Source of the DNA: an uncultured Bacteroidaceae bacterium
Lineage (GTDB): Bacteria > Bacteroidota > Bacteroidia > Bacteroidales > SM23-62
Direction of reading: 5' to 3'
Length of the DNA: 64,000 nucleotides
Assembly (NCBI GenBank): GCA_963752525.1
Contig: CAVVYS010000025.1
Location: 4,868 to 68,867, forward strand
A program made the position numbers and the translations under genes. Shown here piece by piece: positions 9,527-18,885 of this stretch. Within the stretch, counting starts at the first letter, position 1, and every line of letters starts with the position of its first letter. The notes under the pieces were generated by a model that saw only the letters and a program-made list of their open reading frames with translations, searched no databases and was not told the DNA's origin.

Positions 9527-10840
9527 ATGAAGCCTACATTTTTATTATCTGGTCTATCAATCCTATTCATTCTCTTTATTTTATGTTCACAATCTGTTAG
9601 CGGACAACAAAATAAATCTGTTAACCTCCGGGATTTTTATGATCCCGATTCTCCTACTGCCGGTCTTCAGGAAGCAGTGGACTATTTAAAACCGGATGGC
9701 GGAGAGATTTATGTACCTCCCGGAATCTACAAAATCAGAAGATCCATTGTTTTATATTCAGGAATATATGTTCGGGGATATGGCAATCATTCGATTATCG
9801 AACGCCTGGATTCCTGCATACAAATTCCACTTGTAAAGGATGGAAGAAAAGGAGATACAGAGATTAGACCAAAAGATATTTCAGGTTTTTTTATGGGAGG
9901 TGAAATAACTGTTTACAGTGACACATCATGGGGCTGGAATTGCAGCACTGCAGCCATTACAAACATTGAAGGCAAGAGTCTTATCATTGATACTCCCCTG
10001 AAACGTGATTTTTTACTGGAAGAAAATGGAATGATAATGAACTTCTTTCCTGTATTTACAGCAAGAAATGCTGAGAACATCAGGATAGAAAATATGGTGA
10101 TCGACGGGAAGATGAAACCCGGAAGTAATTATTATAATGAATTTGTAACTTCTGCCATCCATTTTCGAGATGTTTCAAATGTACATATTGAAAAAGTAAC
10201 CGTAAAAAATTATCCATCCGATGGTTTCAGCGTTCAGGGAGGGACTAATGCCTATGTAAGCAATTGTATAGCTGAATATAATCATGGCAATGGATTCCAT
10301 CCCGGAACAACGATAAATGAAAGTACCTGGATTAATAATGTAGGTCGCTATAATGGATGGGATGGTCTTTATTTCTGCTTTAATGTAAGGTATACCACCG
10401 TTTCAGGGAACCATTTTTACAAGAATGGGAAAAATGGAATAGGGGGACTTGGATGGGGAGGTGTTATGGGTGATCAAATGAATATTGTCGATGGAAATTA
10501 TTGTTATAAAAATGCAAAATCAGGAATAGAATGCACAACGGGCAAGAACAATATTATCGTCAACAATATCTGTGAGAATAATTCTCAGGAGGAAGCGGGG
10601 AAATGGCCGGGTATTTATTTGAATAACACCTCTTCCACCATAATTCGCGGCAATCGTTGCTGCAATTCACACCCGGAGGAATCCGGAAAAACACAAGCCT
10701 ACGGAATTCTTTTTTCCGGAGAATGTCTGCATAATGTGGTTACTGATAATATTCTCAGCGATCATTTGAAAAAAGGTATTGTTGGGGAAGATTTAGATAA
10801 TAATCTCATCGAAAACAATATAATTTTTAATAATAACTGA
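9527..10840 (+). CDS. exported right-handed parallel beta-helix protein (pectate-lyase-superfamily fold)
   Basis: It has a signal peptide. The N-terminal AGLQEAVDYLKPDGGEIYVPPGIYKI resembles Pectate_lyase_3-type starts. NxxxxN/G-rich coils repeat through the body (NGFHPG, NGWDGLYF, NGKNGIGG, KSGIECT, NNICENN). Confidence 0.65.
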   Translation: MKPTFLLSGLSILFILFILCSQSVSGQQNKSVNLRDFYDPDSPTAGLQEAVDYLKPDGGEIYVPPGIYKIRRSIVLYSGIYVRGYGNHSIIERLDSCIQIPLVKDGRKGDTEIRPKDISGFFMGGEITVYSDTSWGWNCSTAAITNIEGKSLIIDTPLKRDFLLEENGMIMNFFPVFTARNAENIRIENMVIDGKMKPGSNYYNEFVTSAIHFRDVSNVHIEKVTVKNYPSDGFSVQGGTNAYVSNCIAEYNHGNGFHPGTTINESTWINNVGRYNGWDGLYFCFNVRYTTVSGNHFYKNGKNGIGGLGWGGVMGDQMNIVDGNYCYKNAKSGIECTTGKNNIIVNNICENNSQEEAGKWPGIYLNNTSSTIIRGNRCCNSHPEESGKTQAYGILFSGECLHNVVTDNILSDHLKKGIVGEDLDNNLIENNIIFNNN

Positions 10841-10855
10841 ACCAAAATTAATAAT

Positions 10856-12151
10856 ATGAAGCGAAGAAACTTTATTGGAAAAACGGCTGCAGGAATGGCA
10901 GCACTGACTATTGTACCCCGGCATGTGCTCGGAGGTAAGGGTTTTATTGCCCCAAGTGACATGATAAACCTGGCGTACATCGGGCTGGGAAAACAATCCT
11001 ATCACCTTGTAAAGGAGATTACCAAATGCCCAGAAGCTGTAGCAGTGGCAGCGAGTGATGTTTTTGGTAAAAAGCTGGATCTCTTTCTGGATTTTGCCAA
11101 AGAACAAAACACAAAGAAAGGCATAGACAGTGAAATAAAGGCTTATCACTATTACCGTGAAATGCTGGAGCATCCGGATCTCGATGCAGTTGTGATAGCA
11201 ACACCAGACCACTGGCATGCTCAGATGGTTGTTGATGCTGCGAAAGCTGGTAAGGATATATACTGTGAAAAGCCTATGGCACTCACAGTAGCTGAGGGCC
11301 GGGCCATGGTAAATGCGACCCGCAAGTATGACAGGGTGTTTCAGACAGGAAACATGCAGCGCTCCTGGCGAGATTTCAGGCATGCTGTTGAACTGGTACG
11401 GAACGGTTATATTGGCGAGATAAATGAAATAAATGTCAGCGTTGGTGAGCCCGTACGCCAATGTGATCTTCCGACACAGGAAGTGCCAGCGTCGCTGGAC
11501 TGGGACGAATGGGTTGGCCCATCACTTTACAGGGGCTATCACGAGGACCTTGCCCCAAAAGTGGTAGATGGACCATGGGCCTGGTGGAGGGGCTACCGTG
11601 ATTTTGGGGGCGGACTCATCACAGACTGGGGTGCCCATATGTTTGATATTGCCCAGTGGGCACTTGAAATGGACGAGTCGGGTCCGGTTCAGTTCATTGC
11701 TCCGGAAGGATATGCCCAGAAAACCGGGGTGTCCATGATCTATGAAAATGGTGTAAGGGTTAACCATCAGCTATGGGGAGGAGAAGGCGATGGAAATGCC
11801 GTCCAGTTTATTGGTTCTGAAGGGAAAATCGAAGTCAGCCGGAACTTCCTGCGGACTTTCCCCGATGAAAAACTGGCCTCGGCTGACCTGAAAGAAAATG
11901 ATCAAAGAGTATATTTCAGCGACAATCATTACCAGGACTGGATAAATGCCATTAAGAAAAGAAACAAGCCAATCTCTGATGTGGAAACCGGTCATAGAAC
12001 CGCATCCGTCTGTAATCTGGTCAACATATGCTATGAACTGGAACGCCCCCTGCTCTGGGATCCTGAGAATGAAAAGTTCATAGGGGATGACTGGGCAGAT
12101 ATGATGTTGTCGCGTCCTTACCGGGGCAAATGGGATTTTACTGATTTCTAA
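10856..12151 (+). CDS. TAT-exported Gfo/Idh/MocA-family oxidoreductase (periplasmic glycoside/sugar dehydrogenase-like)
   Basis: Twin-arginine leader MKRRNFIGKTAAGMAALT. Rossmann region (LAYIGLGKQS), EKP motif (IYCEKPMA) and a 431-aa length are typical of exported GFO-type enzymes. Confidence 0.8.
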   Translation: MKRRNFIGKTAAGMAALTIVPRHVLGGKGFIAPSDMINLAYIGLGKQSYHLVKEITKCPEAVAVAASDVFGKKLDLFLDFAKEQNTKKGIDSEIKAYHYYREMLEHPDLDAVVIATPDHWHAQMVVDAAKAGKDIYCEKPMALTVAEGRAMVNATRKYDRVFQTGNMQRSWRDFRHAVELVRNGYIGEINEINVSVGEPVRQCDLPTQEVPASLDWDEWVGPSLYRGYHEDLAPKVVDGPWAWWRGYRDFGGGLITDWGAHMFDIAQWALEMDESGPVQFIAPEGYAQKTGVSMIYENGVRVNHQLWGGEGDGNAVQFIGSEGKIEVSRNFLRTFPDEKLASADLKENDQRVYFSDNHYQDWINAIKKRNKPISDVETGHRTASVCNLVNICYELERPLLWDPENEKFIGDDWADMMLSRPYRGKWDFTDF

Positions 12152-12177
12152 ACCGAAAAACCGATATTATAAAGTTT

Positions 12178-12927
12178 ATGAAATCCAAAAAAATCCTTAT
12201 CGTGGCAAGCCTTATTTTCCTGTTATTCTCATGCTCACAGAAAACTAAGCAAGAAACAGATCAGCTCACAGTGTCTCAGGAACCGATTATGAATTGCTTG
12301 AGCACCGAAGAAAAAAATGAGGGCTGGGAACTATTATTTGACGGTAAAACCACGATGGGCTGGAGGAAGTACAATGGCGAGGGTACCTCAGGCTGGGAGG
12401 TGTCGGATGCATGCCTTGTAGGATTGGGATTAGGAGGTGACAAAGGTGGAGACATTATTACGGTCAAACAGTTTGGGAATTTTATATTGACATGGGAATG
12501 GAAGCTTGGTCCGAACGGGAACAGCGGGGTCATGTACAATGCGCTGGAAGGGGAACAGTATAAGGTACCCTGGGAAACCGGACCGGAGTACCAGCTTATT
12601 GAAGACGAGGACTATGAAATTGTACTGGAGGACTGGCAAAAGACTGCTGCTGATTACGCTATGTATGCGGCATCTCCCGACAAGGTGCTGCACACACGTG
12701 ATTGGAATAAATCTATAATTATATATAATACTGAACATGTGGAGTACTGGCTGAATGGTAAAAGGGTTGTGCAATTCACCCCATGGAGTGAAGACTGGCA
12801 TCATCGGCGAACCACCGGAAAATTCAAGGATTATCCAGATTACGGCTCATCCAAAAAAGGACATATTGCCCTGCAGGATCATGGAAGCAAGGTATGGTTC
12901 CGGAATATAAAGATCAAGGAGTATTAG
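12178..12927 (+). CDS. DUF1080 (3-keto-disaccharide hydrolase family) lipoprotein
   Basis: Lipobox (LLFSCS). DUF1080-type motifs GWRKYNG...GWEV and a C-terminal GHIALQDHGSKVWFRNIKIKE. Confidence 0.8.
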   Translation: MKSKKILIVASLIFLLFSCSQKTKQETDQLTVSQEPIMNCLSTEEKNEGWELLFDGKTTMGWRKYNGEGTSGWEVSDACLVGLGLGGDKGGDIITVKQFGNFILTWEWKLGPNGNSGVMYNALEGEQYKVPWETGPEYQLIEDEDYEIVLEDWQKTAADYAMYAASPDKVLHTRDWNKSIIIYNTEHVEYWLNGKRVVQFTPWSEDWHHRRTTGKFKDYPDYGSSKKGHIALQDHGSKVWFRNIKIKEY

Positions 12928-12930
12928 CGT

Positions 12931-14529
12931 ATGAAAATAATAATACGAATCTTCCTGTTCACCATGGTATCGGCTGTTTATACCACGATATATTCACAGG
13001 GCAACAGCGAAATATTTAAAATAGAAACTTCTGTTCTCCCGGGTGAAAACTGGTGGGGAGGTAACATCGTAGATGGGCGAAAAATGCCTTTTGGCACAGC
13101 AGATTACCGGGTTGACCAGAACGGAAACCTTGGCACGAACCAGTCCCAGCCTCTCTTTGTGTCAGATAAGGGAAGGTTCATCTGGAGCGAGGAACCACTC
13201 GAAATCAGCTTCAGTGATGGTAACATAATTGTGGAGTCTTCTGCTGCAATTGTACTTAACGAGGATGGGGAAAATCTTCGAGATGCATATATCAAAGCAA
13301 GTAAAACATACTTCCCTGCTTCGGGTAAAATACCACATCCACTATTTTTTTCCAGGCCCCAATACAATACATGGATAGAGTTGCAGTACAACCAGAACGA
13401 GGAGGACATACTTAAATACGCTGCATCTATTGTTGGCAATGGTTTTCCCACCGGAATTATCATGATCGATGACAACTGGCAGAAGAACTACGGAGAATGG
13501 GATTTTTCATGTGAACGATTTAATGATCCCAGGGGTATGATAGACCTGCTTCATACAATGGGCTTCAAGGTCATGGTATGGGTATGTCCCTTTGTAGGGT
13601 CAGACACACCTACCTACAGGCAGCTTGCCAGAAGCAATAAGCTGATGTTCGCTACCCCAGAAAAAGTACAGCCGGCCATCGTAAAATGGTGGAATGGACA
13701 AAGCGCCATTATTGATCTCAGCAATCCTGAAGGGATGGATTGGTATAAAGCTCAGCTTCAGTATCTTATTGACGAATACGAGGTGGATGGTTTCAAACTG
13801 GATGCAGGGGATGCATTTTTCTATGAGGGTATTTTCGGACTGAAGGATATCAGCCAGAATGCTCATGCAGAGCTACACACGAGTATTGGACTCGAATTTG
13901 AATTCAATGAATACCGTGCCAGCTGGAAAATGGGAGGACAGCCACTTGTACAGCGGCTCAGGGACAAGGGGCATGATTGGGACGATCTTAATGCCCTGAT
14001 CCCCGATATGATCGCTCTTGGATTGATCGGTCATCCTTTCAGCTGTCCTGATATGATTGGTGGCGGAGAGGTTGGTTCCTTCTGGGAAAACCCGGATCTG
14101 GATGAAGAATTAATCGTTAGAGGCACGCAAGTCTCAGCACTTATGCCGATGATGCAATTCTCGGTTGCTCCATGGAGAATACTGGGTCCGGAGAACCTGG
14201 TGATCTGCCGGAATATGGCACAGCTTCATTACAAAATGGGAGATGAGATCCTTGCCTTGGCAAAGGAATCAGCCATTTCCGGAGAACCCATTATCCGATC
14301 CCTGGAATATGTTTACCCGGGACAGGGCTATGCCTCTATCAGTGACCAGTTCTTCCTTGGAGATGATATCCTGGTTACACCAGTAACTGCCAAAGGACTG
14401 CGAGAGAGAGTTGTTATTTTTCCAAAAGGAAAATGGAAAGGTGACGACGGAAGCATTGTCAAAGGTCCGGCAATAAAAACTATTCAGGTCCCCCTCGATA
14501 GACTTCCCTGGTACAGAAAGGTAAATTAA
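12931..14529 (+). CDS. glycoside hydrolase family 31-like alpha-glycosidase
   Basis: 532 aa with a signal peptide. IIMIDDNWQ and EVDGFKLDAGD resemble the GH31 nucleophile region (YicI VDCFKTDFGE). The subfamily is not assignable by eye. Confidence 0.55.
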   Translation: MKIIIRIFLFTMVSAVYTTIYSQGNSEIFKIETSVLPGENWWGGNIVDGRKMPFGTADYRVDQNGNLGTNQSQPLFVSDKGRFIWSEEPLEISFSDGNIIVESSAAIVLNEDGENLRDAYIKASKTYFPASGKIPHPLFFSRPQYNTWIELQYNQNEEDILKYAASIVGNGFPTGIIMIDDNWQKNYGEWDFSCERFNDPRGMIDLLHTMGFKVMVWVCPFVGSDTPTYRQLARSNKLMFATPEKVQPAIVKWWNGQSAIIDLSNPEGMDWYKAQLQYLIDEYEVDGFKLDAGDAFFYEGIFGLKDISQNAHAELHTSIGLEFEFNEYRASWKMGGQPLVQRLRDKGHDWDDLNALIPDMIALGLIGHPFSCPDMIGGGEVGSFWENPDLDEELIVRGTQVSALMPMMQFSVAPWRILGPENLVICRNMAQLHYKMGDEILALAKESAISGEPIIRSLEYVYPGQGYASISDQFFLGDDILVTPVTAKGLRERVVIFPKGKWKGDDGSIVKGPAIKTIQVPLDRLPWYRKVN

Positions 14530-14531
14530 AT

Positions 14532-16175
14532 TTACTGGGGCTTGTCCCTAAAGGTAAAAAGTTGTTTCGTCTGAACTTCCCGGGCATAGTATACATTCCC
14601 GCTACATGGCATGGTAATGCTAATATCAACCATTTCAAAACCAGGTGTGCCAAAATGTGCCTCGGCCGGGTTCCCACCACTATAACCATTAGAAACACTG
14701 ATGCATTTGACACCAAGTAAGGCATCTTCCTTCCCTAAGTTCCCGGGCTCATAGATCCTGATCATAGCCCCTATGCCATTACGGTTATCTTCAGCAGGGA
14801 TATCCATCCGGATGCTGATATAATTGTTTGCTCCTTCAGTGACATTCCTCAGCAGAGGTGATCTTTCTTCAGCGTACCATTGGGGACCGAGATAATCCAG
14901 CCTGCCGTCACGGTCAAAGTCGGGCATGCCTCCCGCCGGCCAATATAACAGTCCTCCGCCAGGAGCATTGGACCCTGTGGGACCGCTAAACTGCGGCAAA
15001 CCATTGGTGGCATTCCCTGTATTTGTATAGACAAAACTCTCCTGGGTAGAGACCAGTATATCCATGTCTCCGTCATTATCTAAATCCTCAATGGCAACGT
15101 AAGGTTCCTTCTGGCTTACCGTATCTATCCCGATCTTATCACTGACTTCTTTGAACTTTGGATTACCTTTCCTGTCATTTCCTTTGTTCATGTATACACG
15201 GATCTTGTGAGGCAGGGTATTCCCGAAATGGTCACCCATAACCATATCCAGTAAGCCATCCCCGTTCAGATCTCCGATTTCTGCCCCACAGGTCCAGACA
15301 AGATTCCCTGCCCTTGCATTGGCTGAATACTGCGGATCGAAAAACTCGTAATCAAGTTTGCGGAAGGTTCCATCCTGGTTATTGATATACATAACATTGG
15401 TGTGTGCAAAGAAAATATCCGGCCATGTATCATTGTTGATATCTCCTACGAAACCTCCCAGTCCGTTCATATTTTCCGGAAGTCCGGCTTCCACGGTGAC
15501 CTCCTTGAAAACCATGTCTCCCATGTTGCGCATAAGATGGGATTTCCCAATGGACCAGCGCCAGCAATCATCATCCTGCATCAAGAGATCAATCCTTCCG
15601 TCACCATCATAATCCAGCACGAAAGTATTCCTGGCAGAAACTACGACAGTGTCTATATTATAGATCAGATTACTTCTGGCCGAAACATCAATCATCCCAC
15701 CATTTCCATCATTGCGATAAAGGCCATTGCCCCTGCCATGATTATTATCCTCACTGCTGTTTGCAATATGTGAGGTGACAAGGTCAAGGTACCCGTCATT
15801 GTCGAAGTCGGCAAATGCAGCTCCACTGCTCATTCCCTTGATTTCCGTGGGGGAAGGTGTTAGCACGGTGAAGTGGGTCCCTCCATGGTTGATCAGCAAT
15901 TTATCCGGTTCCGGAAAGGCTCCGTGTCCCCGGAAAGCATACCTTTCATTGGCATGGGTTGCAAAGGTACCTACAAAAAGGTCAGGGTAACCGTCATTAT
16001 TAATATCGCCCCATGCCACTGAATGTCCATGCATCCCTTTCAGCAACTCATCCAGTCCCACTTCAACGGTCACATCACTGAATGTAATCGGTCCGGGTTC
16101 CTGGGCGTAGCTATAGCTACTTGAAATAAAGGCCAATGCATACAGACAGGCCATTTTAATGAGTAATCTTTTCAT
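14532..16175 (-). CDS. FG-GAP/VCBS-repeat beta-propeller with C-terminal ASPIC/UnbV domain (CRTAC1-like), paralogue 1
   Basis: Signal peptide. DxDxDGxxD loops repeat (DFDNDGYLDLV, DYDGDGRIDLL, DLNGDGLLDMV, DLDNDGDMDIL, DFDRDGRLDYL). ASPIC/UnbV-like tail (NRNGIGAMIRIY...SNGYSGGNPAEAHFG). Confidence 0.8.
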   Translation of the reverse strand: MKRLLIKMACLYALAFISSSYSYAQEPGPITFSDVTVEVGLDELLKGMHGHSVAWGDINNDGYPDLFVGTFATHANERYAFRGHGAFPEPDKLLINHGGTHFTVLTPSPTEIKGMSSGAAFADFDNDGYLDLVTSHIANSSEDNNHGRGNGLYRNDGNGGMIDVSARSNLIYNIDTVVVSARNTFVLDYDGDGRIDLLMQDDDCWRWSIGKSHLMRNMGDMVFKEVTVEAGLPENMNGLGGFVGDINNDTWPDIFFAHTNVMYINNQDGTFRKLDYEFFDPQYSANARAGNLVWTCGAEIGDLNGDGLLDMVMGDHFGNTLPHKIRVYMNKGNDRKGNPKFKEVSDKIGIDTVSQKEPYVAIEDLDNDGDMDILVSTQESFVYTNTGNATNGLPQFSGPTGSNAPGGGLLYWPAGGMPDFDRDGRLDYLGPQWYAEERSPLLRNVTEGANNYISIRMDIPAEDNRNGIGAMIRIYEPGNLGKEDALLGVKCISVSNGYSGGNPAEAHFGTPGFEMVDISITMPCSGNVYYAREVQTKQLFTFRDKPQ

Positions 16176-16190
16176 AATTACAAGTCTAGT

Positions 16191-17210
16191 TTATTGATAA
16201 TTCTTCTCATACCAGGCCTTTGCCTCTCCGGCCAGTTCAACAGCCTTAATCAGCCTTTCCCTGTTTTTCTCTTCAGTGCTGAACCAGGGTGACTGTATAA
16301 ATCCCAGCAATCTTTCGTCTTCAATATTTTCTGCGCAGAACTTTACATTTTCCATAATGTTCTCTTCTGTTCCATCATAGTAGTTACTGCCCCCTGGAAC
16401 CTGCTCATAACCAAGTGACTCCAGGGTTTGGTAGCCCTTCACTTCGATATTTGTATCAGGATTAAAATCAAGCCCGTTATACCAGTTGCTTTGAAGTACT
16501 GATTTGGGCATCATCCTGGCAAATATTTCAGGCCTATGTCTGACAAAATCCTGCCATACCCATGGCCGGGCCCCGTTTTTCATCACCTCCCCTATCAGGA
16601 AGTAAATATCACCCCAGTACAGATCATGTTGCCTTACTATGATCTGTTCATGCTCCCGCTGATTGCGTGCATTCTCCTCGTCCATCCCAAGATGAAACAG
16701 GCGTGGTTTCCCATAGATATCCATCACCTCGGCAATCAATTCTCTGCATACATCATAGTATCTATCCGTTGATACCATACGGGAATATTTTCCCAGCCAT
16801 GCATCATGGCAGGTAGAAAAATTCAGTTTGGGGATTGGTTCAAGCCCCATACCCCGGATCTTTTCCAGCTCTTTATGTAACCTTTCGGTAGACCAGGCAT
16901 TCCGGACAGCAATTTCCGGGTGGCTTTTATACACTATCGCATCCCCAAGATCCATTACCACCATGTTCATACCCACATCAACCATTTTCTCAAGGATATC
17001 GTTCCAAACCGAATCATCGAAGGGAAGGACCGGAGATTTTTCTTTCCACATATTCATGCTGATATGCAGCAGACAAGCCCATATCTTTTCAGTGTTCCCA
17101 TCTTGCTTTTTCATTGGCGGTAGATGCTGTTTTGACACAAGGCTGCCAGGTATCATACCCAGGAGCCCGGCTGCCGAAATCTGTCTTAAAAAATAACGTC
17201 GATTGCTCAT
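16191..17210 (-). CDS. TAT-exported TIM-barrel-like hydrolase candidate (GH20-like HxGxDE signature)
   Basis: Twin-arginine leader MSNRRYFLRQISAAGLLG. FHLGMDEE resembles the GH20 H-x-G-G-D-E acid/base motif. Length is 339 aa and the family is uncertain. Confidence 0.4.
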   Translation of the reverse strand: MSNRRYFLRQISAAGLLGMIPGSLVSKQHLPPMKKQDGNTEKIWACLLHISMNMWKEKSPVLPFDDSVWNDILEKMVDVGMNMVVMDLGDAIVYKSHPEIAVRNAWSTERLHKELEKIRGMGLEPIPKLNFSTCHDAWLGKYSRMVSTDRYYDVCRELIAEVMDIYGKPRLFHLGMDEENARNQREHEQIIVRQHDLYWGDIYFLIGEVMKNGARPWVWQDFVRHRPEIFARMMPKSVLQSNWYNGLDFNPDTNIEVKGYQTLESLGYEQVPGGSNYYDGTEENIMENVKFCAENIEDERLLGFIQSPWFSTEEKNRERLIKAVELAGEAKAWYEKNYQ

Positions 17211-17247
17211 ACTTGGATGTTAATTTAGATACTTATATAAAACCTGA

Positions 17248-18870
17248 TCAATGACCTGAATCTGGCAGTATGCAGTTGGAGTTTTTACCGGCAACGGTCT
17301 TGTAGACCGGACCATCACAAGGCATCTGCACAACTACATCCACACTGTCCTTACCGGGAATTCCAAAAAGGGCTTCCGGAATACCCCCGCTACTGTAAGC
17401 CCTTGATACGGTTATGTATTGCATTCCCAGAAATCCATCCATCTGTCCTGACATTCCCTTTTTGTAGATCTTCACAATTGCTCCTATGCCTTTCCTGTTC
17501 CCTCCTCGTGGCAGGGAAATCCTTACCTTAAGGTAGTTATTATCCGGCGAAATATTCAGGAGCATGGGAGACAGGGTCAGGGAATCATAGGAACCAAAAT
17601 AAATATCCATCTTCCCGTCCAGGTTAAAATCTGCTGAGGGTGCAGATACCCAGTAACCTAGAGATCCGGCACTGGCATCTTCAGGAATGGAGACCAGTTC
17701 AAGCTGAGGGACACCATCTCTCAGGCCTGTGTTGCGATAAATAAATATATCAGGGTTGCCAACAAGGATGTCAGGCCTTCCATCATTGTCATAATCCTGG
17801 ATCTCGACATAAGGCTGCCTGGCACTGGCAGTAATGACACCCGATTCTTCTGATACATTTCTGAAAACCGGAAATCCTTCCAGGTTTTTCCCTTCATGGA
17901 GAAACACAGAAATCCTGTGCGGCAATTGACGAAAATGATCCCCCATCACCAGATCCAGGTCTCCGTCATTGTCCAGGTCCCCCATGTCTGCTCCGCAGGT
18001 CCATTCATAATTCCCATCAGCAGTAGATCCATTGTATGGCGGAGGGATAAATTCCTGATCCACTTTCCTGAATGTTCCATCCTTCCCGTTAATGAACATT
18101 GTACAGCTTTGGGCAAAAAAGAAATCTGGCCAGCTGTCGTCATTGATATCTGCCACTACCCCACCCAGTCCATTAAGATGAGTTCCTAGTCCCGCGTCAA
18201 GTGTAACATCCTCGAAAACAAGATCCCCGGTATTCCTCATAAGCCTCGAACGGCCAAGAGACTGGGGCCAGACAGCATCATCCTGCATCAGCAGGTCCAG
18301 CATCCCATCCCCGTCATAGTCCAGGACAAAAGGATTGCGCCCTGTCCACTCCCCTGTAAATCCGAGGTTGCTGGCAGCTGTGACATCCGTAAAATTGCCT
18401 TTGCCATCATTGCGATAAAGAAAATTACTCTGGGCCATTTCAGGTGCATGTCTGATCCCTTCCAGGTCATTGACATGCACCACTACCAGGTCATCATCAC
18501 CATCCCCGTCGAAATCAGCAAAGGAGGCACCCGAATTCCGTGAACGTATTTCGACATCAGGATTGTCCTGCTTCCTGAAACCCTTACCTTTCTTGTTCAG
18601 CAGGATAAGGTTTGATTGAAGGCTATGGTTAGCGAATACTCCGAGGAAAAGATCCGGGTATTGGTCACCGTTGATATCCCCCCAGGCAGCGCCATGAATT
18701 GCTACACCAAGGATATGCTTAGCCAGTCCCATGGCAGGAGCAACATTTGAAAATCGGATGGGAGCATCTTTTGGGTCTCCGGGTTCCTGATGATCCTGTG
18801 AATGCAGATTGAATAGCGCTGACATGAACACTGCAAGGACGGCAGTGAATCTGGATAATTTGAAAACCAT
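17248..18870 (-). CDS. FG-GAP/VCBS + ASPIC/UnbV (CRTAC1-like) propeller, paralogue 2
   Basis: Signal peptide. Loops DFDGDGDDDLV, DYDGDGMLDLL, DLDNDGDLDLV, DYDNDGRPDIL. Tail NRKGIGAIVKIY...SRAYSSGGIPEALFG. Confidence 0.8.
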   Translation of the reverse strand: MVFKLSRFTAVLAVFMSALFNLHSQDHQEPGDPKDAPIRFSNVAPAMGLAKHILGVAIHGAAWGDINGDQYPDLFLGVFANHSLQSNLILLNKKGKGFRKQDNPDVEIRSRNSGASFADFDGDGDDDLVVVHVNDLEGIRHAPEMAQSNFLYRNDGKGNFTDVTAASNLGFTGEWTGRNPFVLDYDGDGMLDLLMQDDAVWPQSLGRSRLMRNTGDLVFEDVTLDAGLGTHLNGLGGVVADINDDSWPDFFFAQSCTMFINGKDGTFRKVDQEFIPPPYNGSTADGNYEWTCGADMGDLDNDGDLDLVMGDHFRQLPHRISVFLHEGKNLEGFPVFRNVSEESGVITASARQPYVEIQDYDNDGRPDILVGNPDIFIYRNTGLRDGVPQLELVSIPEDASAGSLGYWVSAPSADFNLDGKMDIYFGSYDSLTLSPMLLNISPDNNYLKVRISLPRGGNRKGIGAIVKIYKKGMSGQMDGFLGMQYITVSRAYSSGGIPEALFGIPGKDSVDVVVQMPCDGPVYKTVAGKNSNCILPDSGH

Positions 18871-18885
18871 AGTTATGTTTTATTC

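Noticed and set aside
14521-14540. Near-palindromic GTAAAT-TAA-ATTTAC where the convergent GH31 and propeller-1 genes end 2 nt apart, considered as a shared bidirectional terminator.
   Set aside because: The stem is only 6 bp and entirely A/T with a 3-nt loop and no flanking U/A tracts, so it is too weak to call. It probably just reflects the two stop codons lying back to back.
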